A stretch of DNA of 64,000 nucleotides from an uncultured Gammaproteobacteria bacterium (GTDB lineage Bacteria > Patescibacteriota > Microgenomatia > Levybacterales > UBA12049). The position numbers and the translations under genes were made by a program. Positions 45,741 through 56,231 of this stretch are shown here, piece by piece (the first letter of the stretch is position 1; each line of letters opens with the position of its first letter). Location: assembly GCA_964637955.1 (NCBI GenBank), contig CAZWXQ010000002.1, positions 71,782 through 135,781 of the forward strand, given 5' to 3'. Below the pieces are notes generated by a model that was not told the origin of the DNA, made no database searches, and saw only the letters and a list, made by a program, of their open reading frames with translations.

Positions 45741-46775
45741 ATGGAAACTGTCCAAAACCCACATGAATATTTTCTTGATCTTTTAAAAGAAATAAAAACA
45801 GCAAAAAAAAGAATATATCTTCAAAGTATGCTTTTTGAATCAGGAGGAAGAATTGATGAGCTTGGTAGTGAATTAATAAAAGCAAGCGAAAGAGGTGTTG
45901 ACGTAAGGGTGAATTATGATTGGGTTGCTGATAAATATGTTGGTGGTGCATTGCCAAAACTTCCCGTAATTGAAAAGGGAAAAAGAGAGCTTTTGAATAA
46001 AATTAAGAGAAAAAATAAAAAAATGCATAAAAATTTGGAATATGCAGGAGTAAAGCTTTCAAAGACAAATGATCCTTCATTTCTAATAAGCGCATTTCCT
46101 TATCTTGGTAGAAGTCATATTAAATTTACGGTAATCGATGATAAGATTTGCTGGGTTGGTGGAGTTAATTTAACTAGTGAATCATTTGAGAATGTAGATA
46201 TAATGGTCAAATCAAGTAAGGAAAAAATGATATCTGCGTTAACAAAATTATTTTATGAAATTAATGAAAACAAGAATGAAGAGGACTACAGTATAAAAAT
46301 TGACGATAAAGAAACGTTGTATGTAGACGTAGGAAATAAAAATAAATCCATAATTTATGAGAAGGCAAAAGAAGTTATTAACTCTGCCAAAAAAAATATA
46401 GTGTTTATGTCTCAATTTGTTCCAGACTCAAAGCTTCTTCGTGAAATTGAAAAAATTTCTGAGAAAGGAATAGGCGTAAAAATTATAACTTCTAATGAAG
46501 ACGATCCGCTATTCACAAAGTATCCTGAAAAACTTACATATGTAATGCTTAAAAAAACAATTGAGGATAGAAATAATATTGAGCTAATTCATTTGTCTCG
46601 AAAAGTTCATGCAAAGCTAATACTAGCTGATAATGAAGTAGCTCTTTATGGTTCACATAATTATATTTATTCAGGAGTGTTATTTGGAACAGCCGAGATA
46701 ATGATAGAGAATTCTGAGGAGAGGTTGATTCATCAATTAAATAAATACTTAGAAGATTCTATTTTAAAAAATTAA
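45741..46775 (+). CDS. Phospholipase D family (cardiolipin synthase-like) protein
   Basis: Two HKD motifs: HIKFTVID..GGVN and HAKLILAD..GSHN. Confidence 0.88.
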   Translation: METVQNPHEYFLDLLKEIKTAKKRIYLQSMLFESGGRIDELGSELIKASERGVDVRVNYDWVADKYVGGALPKLPVIEKGKRELLNKIKRKNKKMHKNLEYAGVKLSKTNDPSFLISAFPYLGRSHIKFTVIDDKICWVGGVNLTSESFENVDIMVKSSKEKMISALTKLFYEINENKNEEDYSIKIDDKETLYVDVGNKNKSIIYEKAKEVINSAKKNIVFMSQFVPDSKLLREIEKISEKGIGVKIITSNEDDPLFTKYPEKLTYVMLKKTIEDRNNIELIHLSRKVHAKLILADNEVALYGSHNYIYSGVLFGTAEIMIENSEERLIHQLNKYLEDSILKN

Positions 46776-46817
46776 ATCTTTGTAGGTTTGAGGAATGATC
46801 TTCAAATATACAATCTT

Positions 46818-47423
46818 TTAATTTTTCTTCACAAGAAATTTATAAGTTTGCATTCCTATAATTGCACCGATGATGGGGGATAAAAGTGTTATTAATGATA
46901 ATGATTTAGATGCTAATGCTACTGCAGGATTTAGAAAGCCAGGTGCTCCCATCAAGCCTGCGATAAAAGCACCAAGAGCAAGCGACCCACCGATTACTGC
47001 ACCTGCAGCTCCATCTGATATTTTTCCAAAAACTACTGAAGCAATTCCAAAAGTAAGAATTGCAGTTCCTATTATCTCCCCTGGAATAATGGTTAGTTCT
47101 CCAATAAGATCCGTAGACCCCGTTATTTGAAAACCAATAACTATAGCTGTAATTAGTGCAAGAACAGCCCCAATTGTTTGTCCGACTATATATTTAGAAG
47201 CTACAGTAGGTTCAATTTTTCGAAGACTTAAAAGTCCAAGCGTTACTGCAGGATTTAAGTGGCAACCAGAAATAGCGCCAATAGTATAAACAAATACTCC
47301 AACAGTTAAGCCTGCAATTACAGGGATGGGAACAGGGAAGTTAATAGTGTTTGCGGAGAGAAGAACAGCAAGACAGAGAGTGAATGTTCCGAGTGTTTCA
47401 GCGATTATCTTTTTTACGTCCAC
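46818..47423 (-). CDS. Aquaporin / MIP family channel
   Basis: SGCHLNPAVT and a second NPA; GTG start. Confidence 0.92.
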   Translation of the reverse strand: MDVKKIIAETLGTFTLCLAVLLSANTINFPVPIPVIAGLTVGVFVYTIGAISGCHLNPAVTLGLLSLRKIEPTVASKYIVGQTIGAVLALITAIVIGFQITGSTDLIGELTIIPGEIIGTAILTFGIASVVFGKISDGAAGAVIGGSLALGAFIAGLMGAPGFLNPAVALASKSLSLITLLSPIIGAIIGMQTYKFLVKKN

Positions 47424-47473
47424 TTATTTAATAATACTACTTTACTATCATTTGGCAATAAGCAATTAAATTT

Positions 47474-48277
47474 CTATGGTGTTGTAGTTGGAGCAGGTGA
47501 GGATTGAGCGCTTGAAGCAGGTGCTGGGTTTGACGCTTTTGCTAGAGTTGGACCTTTCACTACCTGGAATGTAAGTGGTTCGTTTGCTTTACTGGTAACT
47601 TTTACAGTTACATTAACTTCTTTATTCAGCATTGAGTTTTTTATAGTTTCAGAATTTGTTTCGTTGAAAACTAAATAATATACATATCCAGTTTCTGAAT
47701 CAGTTAATGTAAAAACACTTCCTCCAAGAGCTGGGTCATCTTCTACAAAAGCAATTGTACCCGTAAGATTTACAACTTCATTTTGAGTGTAAAGTTCTTT
47801 GTCAATTTTTTGCATAGTAGCTATTCCGGCAATCTTCAAATTTCTAGCTCTTGTTTTAAGATTGTTTATTGCTAAAACTACGTCTTTTGGGAGTGTAGGA
47901 TTTTTAGTTACCAAGACTTTTGGATTTCCATTTACATAAACAAGAATTGTATCTAGATCTTTTTGACTAGTGCTAGTAAGAAGCGGTCTGAGAGTTTCGG
48001 CGTAAGCTTTGATGAGAGCAAGTCTTACTTGTGGATTTTGGACGTCTTTAATAGCATCTGCAGTTGATCTCATGCCTTCCATTGCAGTCATTGCAGTTTC
48101 TTTTTTCGCCTCATCGGATTCTTTTTTGACATCCATAACTTGTTGTTTTGTTTCATTTAGTGCACGAGTAAGTTGATCAATTTTTGATTGAGAGAAGAAG
48201 AAATAAAAAACCAAAGCTCCTATCGCAAGAACTGCGACGATTGCTAATATAATTGAGAGTAAGCCTGATTTACCCAT
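47474..48277 (-). CDS. Single-pass membrane hypothetical protein with coiled coil and OB-like C-terminus
   Basis: TM helix at the N-terminus; TTGACA-17-TACGCT promoter at 48320-48292 favours ATG 48277. Confidence 0.7.
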   Translation of the reverse strand: MGKSGLLSIILAIVAVLAIGALVFYFFFSQSKIDQLTRALNETKQQVMDVKKESDEAKKETAMTAMEGMRSTADAIKDVQNPQVRLALIKAYAETLRPLLTSTSQKDLDTILVYVNGNPKVLVTKNPTLPKDVVLAINNLKTRARNLKIAGIATMQKIDKELYTQNEVVNLTGTIAFVEDDPALGGSVFTLTDSETGYVYYLVFNETNSETIKNSMLNKEVNVTVKVTSKANEPLTFQVVKGPTLAKASNPAPASSAQSSPAPTTTP

Positions 48278-48446
48278 ATTAATTTGGGCATAGCGTAGCA
48301 CTTAGGAATAGAGTTGTCAACAATTTAGAATACCAAACCAATTAACTAATCTAAATTACTGATATTAATTTGGTATATAATTAATTTAGCAAAACTTTTT
48401 TAATTGATGTTAGTGAAAAACTATTTCGTGAATTTAAATTTATAAA

Positions 48447-50075
48447 GTGAAGATTTTAAAGACTGAAATTATTGCTTTATTTATCCTCTCAATATTTATT
48501 TTAATAAGTTCTTTTGCGCTTTTAAAATCGGGTTTTTTCAGAACCATCGATGATACTACTACAGTTAGAATAATGTATCTTGAAAAAGAAATCGTAAGAG
48601 GTGATATTCAAAATATTCCCGTCAGGTGGTCTGCAGAATTATCCAATAATTATGGCTACCCGATTTATATGTTCTATGCGCCTCTTTCATATTACGGCGG
48701 TGCAATATTAATGCTTCTGGGTTTCCATCAAATAATAGCTACTAAATATGTTTATATTTTCCCGTTAATAGTAGGACCATTTTTATTTTATCTTGCTGCA
48801 AGACAAAAAGCATCTTGGATTCCAGCGCTTTCTGGAAGTATTTTATTTACACTTTTTCCATTCAGAGGTTTTGACACTTATATAAAAGGTGGAGCTGGAG
48901 AGGCATGGGCAATAGGTTTTATTCCCGGGGTATTTTTGGGAATATTTCTTTTGGAGAAAAATAAGAGGATAGGTATTCCAATTGTTGCATTATTTATATT
49001 TTTGACGATTATTTCGCACCAGCTTGTAGGATATTTATTATTAATTTTAGTAGTAATATATGGATTAATTTTTATAAGAAAAAATAAAGATTTTTGGTTA
49101 TCTTTTTTCCTTGGATTGGGTCTTAGTGCATTTTATTTGATTCCTCTAGTTAAATACTTGCCGCTAATAAAGGTAAGAGATTTGTCAGAAAATAGAACGG
49201 GAATTCTTAGTTCACTAGTCAGTATAAAATCCATTTTACTTACGCATATAGATTTAGATCCTGTCAGAAGATTTTCTAGCAATATTTTGTTTTTCATTTT
49301 TTCAGGTGCGTTTATTTTCAGTATTTTTATTTTTCTTAAGCAAAAAACTGCAAGCAATAAGCAGATTTTATTTTTTGGAGTAATTTCATTTATCTCATTG
49401 TTCTTAATCTCGGATTTATCATATTTTGCTTGGAAAATTGTTTTACCAGTTACAGGTTTTCTTCAATTTTCATGGCGACTTTTTGCGATCTTAGCATTTA
49501 CGCTATCAATCTTTTTAGTGTTAGTTTTAGATTCACTTAAAAACAAAAAGCAAAAGTACATATTTAGCATTGGTATAATTTTTATCTCGATTTTATTTAT
49601 TCCATTTTTTAAACCTGTAGAATATACGACCTTTTATGAATACAGAGTAGAAGGTGAATGTGCTACTACAACTTGGCAGAATGAATATTTGCCAAAATGG
49701 GTAAAGGATTGTCCGAACCTTGATGAAGAGATTAGGTTAACTGATAAAAATGGAAAATTAACAAAAATCAGTTCAAATTTGTTAACCGTGAGCGCAATTT
49801 CTGAAGTTAATAAAAAAAGCGAACTTATTATTAATAAATATTATTTTCCAGGATGGAATGTAGAAGTAAATGGCGATAATTCTCAAATAAATTATACTTT
49901 TTCAAATTCTGGAATAATGAAGGTAAATCTTCCAGAGGGGAAGAGTGATATTAGAATTTATTTTTCTAAAACAAATACTATGCTAATTTCTGATTTAATC
50001 TCAATAATTTCAATTATATTTCTTATTTTTATAACATGTAAAATTATTTTTTTAGAGCATAAAAAGAATAAGTAA
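48447..50075 (+). CDS. PTPS-related / YfhO-like polytopic membrane protein (GT-C-like)
   Basis: VRW..L..YGYP..FY.PL, LQFSWR, EYLPKWV, YFPGW. Confidence 0.8.
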   Translation: MKILKTEIIALFILSIFILISSFALLKSGFFRTIDDTTTVRIMYLEKEIVRGDIQNIPVRWSAELSNNYGYPIYMFYAPLSYYGGAILMLLGFHQIIATKYVYIFPLIVGPFLFYLAARQKASWIPALSGSILFTLFPFRGFDTYIKGGAGEAWAIGFIPGVFLGIFLLEKNKRIGIPIVALFIFLTIISHQLVGYLLLILVVIYGLIFIRKNKDFWLSFFLGLGLSAFYLIPLVKYLPLIKVRDLSENRTGILSSLVSIKSILLTHIDLDPVRRFSSNILFFIFSGAFIFSIFIFLKQKTASNKQILFFGVISFISLFLISDLSYFAWKIVLPVTGFLQFSWRLFAILAFTLSIFLVLVLDSLKNKKQKYIFSIGIIFISILFIPFFKPVEYTTFYEYRVEGECATTTWQNEYLPKWVKDCPNLDEEIRLTDKNGKLTKISSNLLTVSAISEVNKKSELIINKYYFPGWNVEVNGDNSQINYTFSNSGIMKVNLPEGKSDIRIYFSKTNTMLISDLISIISIIFLIFITCKIIFLEHKKNK

Positions 50076-50138
50076 ATACTAATTATAACTTTATTTTTAT
50101 AGTCAAAATAGTGATACTATAATATTAGGTATTATTTC

Positions 50139-51017
50139 ATGAAAAAACTGCCAATTATTATTCTGGTGCTTATTGTAATTGGAATTATATTCTGGTTTTC
50201 TTTTCTAATCTCACAATCAAATATTCAGGTTTTTAATCCAAAAGGTGATATAGCTTCACAGCAAAGAGATCTTATTTATATTGCTATGGGAGTTATGCTT
50301 TCGATAGCTATTCCTGTTGTTTTAACTGCATTTTTTATAATGTGGAGGTATCGAGATGGAGGCAAAGGAAAACATGAACCTGAAAAAACAGGGGGAAGAT
50401 TAACTTTATTTATTTTTTGGCTCTTTTTCCTGGAGCTAGTTTTATTTTTCTTTTATCTTGTAATAAGAGGATCATATTCTCTGGATCCACATAAAGAAAT
50501 CATTGCTGATGTTCCTCCAAAGACAATTCAAGTGGTGGCTTTAGATTGGAAATGGCTATTTATTTATCCCGAGGAAAATATAGCAGTTGTAAATTTTCTC
50601 CAAGTTCCAGCAAAAACTCCTATCAGTTTTAAATTAACTGCAGATGGACCTATGAATTCTTTTTGGATTCCTCAGCTTGGAGGTCAAATTTATTCTATGG
50701 CTTCGATGGAAACTAGTATTCATTTGATGGCAGATGAAATTGGTGATTTTCAAGGAGGAGCAGCGGAGATAAATGGGCGAGGATTTGCAGGTATGAGATT
50801 TATTACACGTTCTAGTACCGAGGATGATTTTGAGGATTGGGTAAAGTGGGTTAAGCTTTCAGGAGAGCCACTTACAAAAAGTAAATATGAAGAGTTAGCT
50901 AAGCCATCCGAAGATAGTCCAATAATTTACTATTCAGAAGTTGAGGAAGGACTATATAATAATATTATGATGAAGTATATGGCTCCTGGTGAGTCTCATG
51001 GGGGGGGAGATGAATGA
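50139..51017 (+). CDS. cyoA: Quinol oxidase subunit II
   Basis: NPKG, IQVVALDWKWLFIYP, MNSFWIPQLGGQIY, GFAGM; no CuA ligands. Confidence 0.93.
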   Translation: MKKLPIIILVLIVIGIIFWFSFLISQSNIQVFNPKGDIASQQRDLIYIAMGVMLSIAIPVVLTAFFIMWRYRDGGKGKHEPEKTGGRLTLFIFWLFFLELVLFFFYLVIRGSYSLDPHKEIIADVPPKTIQVVALDWKWLFIYPEENIAVVNFLQVPAKTPISFKLTADGPMNSFWIPQLGGQIYSMASMETSIHLMADEIGDFQGGAAEINGRGFAGMRFITRSSTEDDFEDWVKWVKLSGEPLTKSKYEELAKPSEDSPIIYYSEVEEGLYNNIMMKYMAPGESHGGGDE

Positions 51018-52984
51018 GCAATAATTTATATTATTTAATTTTTGGAAAATTAACTATTGAAGCTTTGCCGCATCAATGGTTTACAATCGCAGGAACAGTA
51101 TTTATTTCACTTTCAGGTATTTTTGTAATTGTATTAATCACGTATTTTAAAAAGTGGAAATTTTTATGGAGTTATTTAACCTCAACTGATCCTAAGAAGA
51201 TTGGAGTAATGTACATAGTTTTTGCCACTCTTATGTTGATTCGAGGTGGACTTGATGCTGTTATGATTTGGCTCCAGCAAGCTATGGCATTGGGGCCAAA
51301 TCAGGGATATCTGGATGGTCAACATTTTCAGGAAATTTTTACAGCACATGGAGACATAATGGTTTTCTTTGTGGCCATGGGATTCCTTATTGGATTAATT
51401 AATATAATTGTTCCGCTCCAAATTGGAGCACGAGATTTGGCTTCACCATTTTTAAATACTCTTGGTTTTTGGCTTTATGTTGCAGGGGGAGTTCTTATAA
51501 ATGTATTTTTTGTTTTTGGTGGTACGTTTGCTTCAGCAGGTTGGCTGTCAGTAGCTCCACTATCAGAATTGCAATATAGTCCAGGAATTGGAATTGATTA
51601 TTGGATGTGGGCTATTCAAATTTCAGGATTGGGAACACTTTTGGGTGGAATAAATTTCGTGATGACAATTCTTAAAATGCGTGCTCCGGGAATGACCTTA
51701 ATGCGAATGCCACTTTTTACATGGACGTCTCTTTGCAGCATGGTTTTGGTAATTTGCATTTTTCCAATTCTTACAGCAACTTTGGCGCTTTTAAATCTTG
51801 ATCGACTTCTAGGAATGCACTTCTTTACAAATAGTAATGGGGGAGATCCAATGCTTTACACTAATCTTATTTGGATGTGGGGGCATCCCGAAGTTTATGT
51901 TTTAGTTTTGCCTTTGTTTGGAGTTTTTTCAGAGATTGTCTCAACATTTTCTCAGAAAAGAGTATTTAGTTATAAAACTCTTGTAACTTCTGCGATTATA
52001 ATTACAGCTTTCTCAATGCTCGTATGGTTGCATCATTTCTTCACTATGGGAGCGGGAGCAAGTGTTAATGCTTTCTTTGGAATGATGACTGTAATAATAG
52101 CTCTTCCTACAAGTATTCAGGTTTTCTGCTGGATAGCCACTATGCATAAAGGGAAAATTCAATTTAAAACTCCAATGCTCTGGTTTATGGGTTTTCTTTT
52201 AACGTTTACATTCGGTGGGCTGACAGGGGTATTAATGGCTATTCCTCCTGCGGATTTTCAAATACATAATAGTTTATTTTTAGTTGCACATTTTCATACG
52301 ATGGCAGTGGGAGGAGCACTTTTTGGAATATTTGCAGCAATTACTTACTGGTTTCCTAAGATTGCAGGTTTTAGGCTCGATGAAAGACTGGGAAGATACG
52401 CATTTTTTGCCTGGATTATAGGATTTTTTGTAGCTTTTACGCCTCTTTATATCTTAGGTCTTATGGGAGCGACAAGAAGACTAAATCATTATGTGGATGC
52501 AAGTTGGCAACCACTCTTTATAACTGCTCTTATTGGCTCTCTTATTATCGGGTTAGGGTTTTGTCTTCAAGTTTTGCAAATAGGTGTAAGTATTAAAAAT
52601 AGGAAGAAATTAGCAGTTGATGGTGATCCTTGGAATGGGCGAACTCTTGAATGGGCAACAAAATCTCCAACTCCTTTTTATAACTTTGCAGTGCTTCCGG
52701 AAGTTAAATCAATTGATGCTTTTTGGGAAATGAAGAAGAGTGGGGAATTCGGAGAGAAATTAAAATATGAAGCAATTCATGTTCCTAAAAATACAGCCAC
52801 TGGGATGTTTGCAGCTGCATTTTGTTTCCTAATTGGATTTTCTATGGTTTGGCATATTTTCTGGTTGGCAGGCTTAAGTCTAGTTGGTGCAATTGCTGTA
52901 GTAATCTATCGTTCACTTGATGAGCATACGGAATATGAAATTTCCGCAAATGAACTTGAGAGATTAGATTTGGGAAAAATATGA
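51014..52984 (+). CDS. cyoB: Quinol oxidase subunit I (heme-copper, A-family)
   Basis: RGGLD, FTAHG, WGHPEVY, VWLHHFFTMG, AHFH, GATRR. Confidence 0.96.
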   Translation: MSNNLYYLIFGKLTIEALPHQWFTIAGTVFISLSGIFVIVLITYFKKWKFLWSYLTSTDPKKIGVMYIVFATLMLIRGGLDAVMIWLQQAMALGPNQGYLDGQHFQEIFTAHGDIMVFFVAMGFLIGLINIIVPLQIGARDLASPFLNTLGFWLYVAGGVLINVFFVFGGTFASAGWLSVAPLSELQYSPGIGIDYWMWAIQISGLGTLLGGINFVMTILKMRAPGMTLMRMPLFTWTSLCSMVLVICIFPILTATLALLNLDRLLGMHFFTNSNGGDPMLYTNLIWMWGHPEVYVLVLPLFGVFSEIVSTFSQKRVFSYKTLVTSAIIITAFSMLVWLHHFFTMGAGASVNAFFGMMTVIIALPTSIQVFCWIATMHKGKIQFKTPMLWFMGFLLTFTFGGLTGVLMAIPPADFQIHNSLFLVAHFHTMAVGGALFGIFAAITYWFPKIAGFRLDERLGRYAFFAWIIGFFVAFTPLYILGLMGATRRLNHYVDASWQPLFITALIGSLIIGLGFCLQVLQIGVSIKNRKKLAVDGDPWNGRTLEWATKSPTPFYNFAVLPEVKSIDAFWEMKKSGEFGEKLKYEAIHVPKNTATGMFAAAFCFLIGFSMVWHIFWLAGLSLVGAIAVVIYRSLDEHTEYEISANELERLDLGKI

Positions 52985-53565
52985 CAGAAGAAAAAGAATT
53001 TCAAGAAAAACAAGAGATAGCAGTTTTTGGGTTCTGGGTTTATCTGATGACAGATTTACTTATGTTTGCTGTGTTATTTGCTTGTTTTGCAGTGCTTAGA
53101 GGAAACACTTTCGGTGGACCACCAGAGAGTGAATTAATAAGTCTTCCTTTCGTGTTGGTAGAAACACTCCTTCTTTTAACCAGTAGTTTTACAGTGGGGC
53201 TAGCTGTAATTTCTGCAAGAAATAAAAATCTTAAAGCCACAATTATTTCTCTCGTAATAACTTTTATTTTGGGAGCATCATTTTTAGGAATGGAAATTTA
53301 TGAATTTAGTAATTTAATTTCTGAAGGACTTTCATGGAGAGCAAGCGCATCGCTTTCATCATTTTTTGCATTAGTAGGACTTCATGGACTTCATATTTTT
53401 GCTGGGCTTATCTGGCTTTTTATTATTATTCTTTATATTTTGAAAAGGGGACTTATTCCGCTTTCCATCAGAAAACTTGCGCTTTTTAGTCTTTTTTGGC
53501 ATTTCTTAGATATTGTTTGGATTTTTATCTTTACTTTTGTTTATCTGATAGGAGTCATACTATGA
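52981..53565 (+). CDS. cyoC: Quinol oxidase subunit III
   Basis: GFWVYLMTD, ETLLLLTSS, GLHGLH, FWHFLDIVW. Confidence 0.95.
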   Translation: MTEEKEFQEKQEIAVFGFWVYLMTDLLMFAVLFACFAVLRGNTFGGPPESELISLPFVLVETLLLLTSSFTVGLAVISARNKNLKATIISLVITFILGASFLGMEIYEFSNLISEGLSWRASASLSSFFALVGLHGLHIFAGLIWLFIIILYILKRGLIPLSIRKLALFSLFWHFLDIVWIFIFTFVYLIGVIL

Positions 53566-53966
53566 TAGAAAATAAGCATGTGCCTACAATAAAATCTTAT
53601 ATTATTGGTTTTGGATTATCACTTATTTTAACATTCATAGCATTTGGTGCGACATATTTTCATATTAACTCAGGACATTATTTTATTGATCACAATATTA
53701 TCATTCCATTAGTTCTTGTTTTGGCGATGATGCAGCTTGTGGTTCAGCTCGTTTTTTTCCTTCATATTCTTCAAGAGGATAAGCCTCGTTGGAATCTTAT
53801 GTTTTTTATTGGAACTTTTGGATTGGTTCTAATGGTTGTTATAGCATCTCTTTGGATAATGACTCACTTAAATTACAATATGACTCCGCAAGCTTCTACA
53901 GATTATATACTTCATGATGAAGGCATAAATCATCACCATGGAGAGGATGATCATGGAGAAGATTAG
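53562..53966 (+). CDS. cyoD: Quinol oxidase subunit IV
   Basis: YIIGF.LS.ILT, QLVVQLVFFLH, SLWIM.HLNYNM. Confidence 0.93.
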   Translation: MIENKHVPTIKSYIIGFGLSLILTFIAFGATYFHINSGHYFIDHNIIIPLVLVLAMMQLVVQLVFFLHILQEDKPRWNLMFFIGTFGLVLMVVIASLWIMTHLNYNMTPQASTDYILHDEGINHHHGEDDHGED

Positions 53967-54813
53967 AAATTATTACCGCCTCACAAAGCCTGGAATTATC
54001 TACGGAAATATGCTTTCGACCATCGCTGGATTTCTTCTCGCAGCAGGATTAAATATTGACGTACTTTTATTCTTCTCAACTATTCTTGGAACAGCTTTAG
54101 TTATTGCTTCATCCTGTGTCATAAATAACTATACAGACCGAGAAATTGATAAGAAAATGAAAAGGACTAAGAATCGTGCGCTTGCTCAAGGCTTGATTCC
54201 TCGTAATAACGTATTTGTTTTCGCCGCGATATTAGGAGTTCTCGGATTTGGAATACTAATTCTTTTTACCAATTCCTTGGTAGTATTTTCAGGAATAATT
54301 GCTATGATTTCTTATACAGTTTTTTATGGTATCGCGAAAAGAAAAAGTCCTGTCGGAACTTTAGTTGGAACAGTCCCAGGTGCAATGCCACTAGTCGCAG
54401 GATATCTAGCAGTTACGAATTCAATTAATCTTGGAGCAATTCTTTTATTCTTTATAATGGTTTTCTGGCAACTTCCACATTTTTATGCTATTGGAATTTT
54501 TAGGCTGAATGATTATAGAGAGGCAGGTCTTCCAATTTTGCCAGTCAAGAGGGGAGTAAGAATCACGAAAATCCATATGTTAATTTGCATGGTTTTATTT
54601 GTTATTTGCTGCTTTTTATTAACGCATTTTGGATATACGGGAAATATATTTGCTTGGGTGATGCTACTTCTGGGACTGAGATGGATTTATATGGGTATTA
54701 AAGGTTTGAAAATCACTGACGATATAAAGTGGGCGAGAAAGGTTTTCTTTTTCTCAATAGTAATTCTAATGAGCATGAGCGCTCTTATGGCATTTAATGT
54801 TGTATTGCCATAA
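53953..54813 (+). CDS. cyoE: Protoheme IX farnesyltransferase (heme o synthase)
   Basis: LTKPGI, DREIDKKMKRTKNR, GAMP..GY, WQLPHFYAI; alternative start at 53938. Confidence 0.95.
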   Translation: MEKIRNYYRLTKPGIIYGNMLSTIAGFLLAAGLNIDVLLFFSTILGTALVIASSCVINNYTDREIDKKMKRTKNRALAQGLIPRNNVFVFAAILGVLGFGILILFTNSLVVFSGIIAMISYTVFYGIAKRKSPVGTLVGTVPGAMPLVAGYLAVTNSINLGAILLFFIMVFWQLPHFYAIGIFRLNDYREAGLPILPVKRGVRITKIHMLICMVLFVICCFLLTHFGYTGNIFAWVMLLLGLRWIYMGIKGLKITDDIKWARKVFFFSIVILMSMSALMAFNVVLP

Positions 54814-54834
54814 GTTTTCATGTATATTTATTTT

Positions 54835-55098
54835 ATGAGCGCACTTTTGATCAGTCATATAATTATTGCTTTAACAGGAATTGGAATAACGACTATATTA
54901 CTCCTCAAACCAAGCGAAAAAAAGCTAAATACTTCATTTTTATTCCTCGTGGGAACTTTGACGACTGGAACTATTCTGGTTCTTTCAACGCCAGGACACA
55001 TGCTTCAAAGTTGTGTTATGGGTATAATCTACACAGCGTTCGTAGTAGGTGGTATCTCTATCGCCAAAAGACGCCTCGCAAAAAAACACGCCTCGTAA
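54835..55098 (+). CDS. Small three-TM membrane protein
   Basis: Hydrophobic ORF directly after cyoE; H..IAL and QSC motifs. Confidence 0.65.
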   Translation: MSALLISHIIIALTGIGITTILLLKPSEKKLNTSFLFLVGTLTTGTILVLSTPGHMLQSCVMGIIYTAFVVGGISIAKRRLAKKHAS

Positions 55099-55397
55099 CT
55101 TTTAAGATATTATTTAAAATTGCCTGAAATAATTAAATATTTAGAAAAATTAAATTGTACTAGGTGATGTAATTGGGCCGGGAGGAGGTTGAGATCCAGT
55201 ATATATTGGCAAATTACTTGAAGGTGGTTGTTACATCTCTGGATCAAAGATTATTATTAGTTTTTAAAATGCTGAGTGCTGAAGATTTGGCACAATTTAA
55301 TTACCACTTAGGTTGGAATCGTCAGTTGGGCCTTTTTCTGACGCTATTTTATCAGTAATAGGGCTTTTAAGACTGCTAAGCTTATCAGGGTTTTGAG

Positions 55398-56192
55398 CTA
55401 ATCTAATCTATCTGGATTCGGATTCTCACTTAAATCAGCGTATTTATCTAGATCTATCATATCGCTTGGTCCTGAGGTGGGAATTGGTTTTTCTTTTCTT
55501 AAGCCGGCATATGGATCCAGGTCTTTAAAATCACTTTCTGAAGGGTATCCTGGTTCGCTTCTTCTCTTAAGTTCGAAAAGTGCTGCAAGATTAAGTGCTT
55601 GAGTTGTATCTACGTCGTGTTCTATTGCAGTTTTAATTAAAAAACCAGTAGCTGTTTCTCTGACTACAATATCATCTAATCCTTCATATGCTTCTCTTAG
55701 TCTATCTGAAAGTGGTTGACCAAGCGCATCTGTCCTATTTCTACCCAGGTATTCCGTGGCAGATCTCACTGCTTCTTGATAATCAGGGGATTTTAAAAGA
55801 TCACTAAGACTATCAGGATCAATTCCATATTGCTCAAAAAGTTTTCTAGTTAAGCCCTCCGAGTCAAATTTATTTTTAGCTGTAGGATCTTTATGTGTGC
55901 CTGATAATGTATCAGGATCTAGCTCGGTTCTAGCTTTAGAACCATCAGGTGTGCCAGTTAAAGTATCTATTTTTGCTATAATTTCTGAATTTGGGTCTTT
56001 TATTAATTCTGAAGAAGGAGTAAATCCAATTGGGGTACCTGTAAAAATTTTGGGATTTGGATTTTGATAAGTTGGGGGTCTTAATGGTTCTTTAGTAATT
56101 TGTTCTGTAGGGTCAGCATTTGCATCAGGTGTAGAAGATTCAATTGGTTCTGGAGTTGGTGCGCCTGCTTCTGATCCTGTATCTCCATTCAT
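55398..56192 (-). CDS. Acidic Pro/Thr-rich hypothetical protein, probably 3'-truncated by a frameshift
   Basis: Repeated (D)TL[TS]GT motifs; TTGACA-18-TAAAAT promoter; similar sequence continues out of frame past the stop. Confidence 0.7.
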   Translation of the reverse strand: MNGDTGSEAGAPTPEPIESSTPDANADPTEQITKEPLRPPTYQNPNPKIFTGTPIGFTPSSELIKDPNSEIIAKIDTLTGTPDGSKARTELDPDTLSGTHKDPTAKNKFDSEGLTRKLFEQYGIDPDSLSDLLKSPDYQEAVRSATEYLGRNRTDALGQPLSDRLREAYEGLDDIVVRETATGFLIKTAIEHDVDTTQALNLAALFELKRRSEPGYPSESDFKDLDPYAGLRKEKPIPTSGPSDMIDLDKYADLSENPNPDRLD

Positions 56193-56231
56193 ATATTTAA
56201 ATTTTAATCATTATAGAATATATTTGTCAAC

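Noticed and set aside
55173-55358. 61-aa plus-strand ORF (TTG start)
   Set aside because: Better explained as antisense to the decayed tail of the 55398-56192 gene
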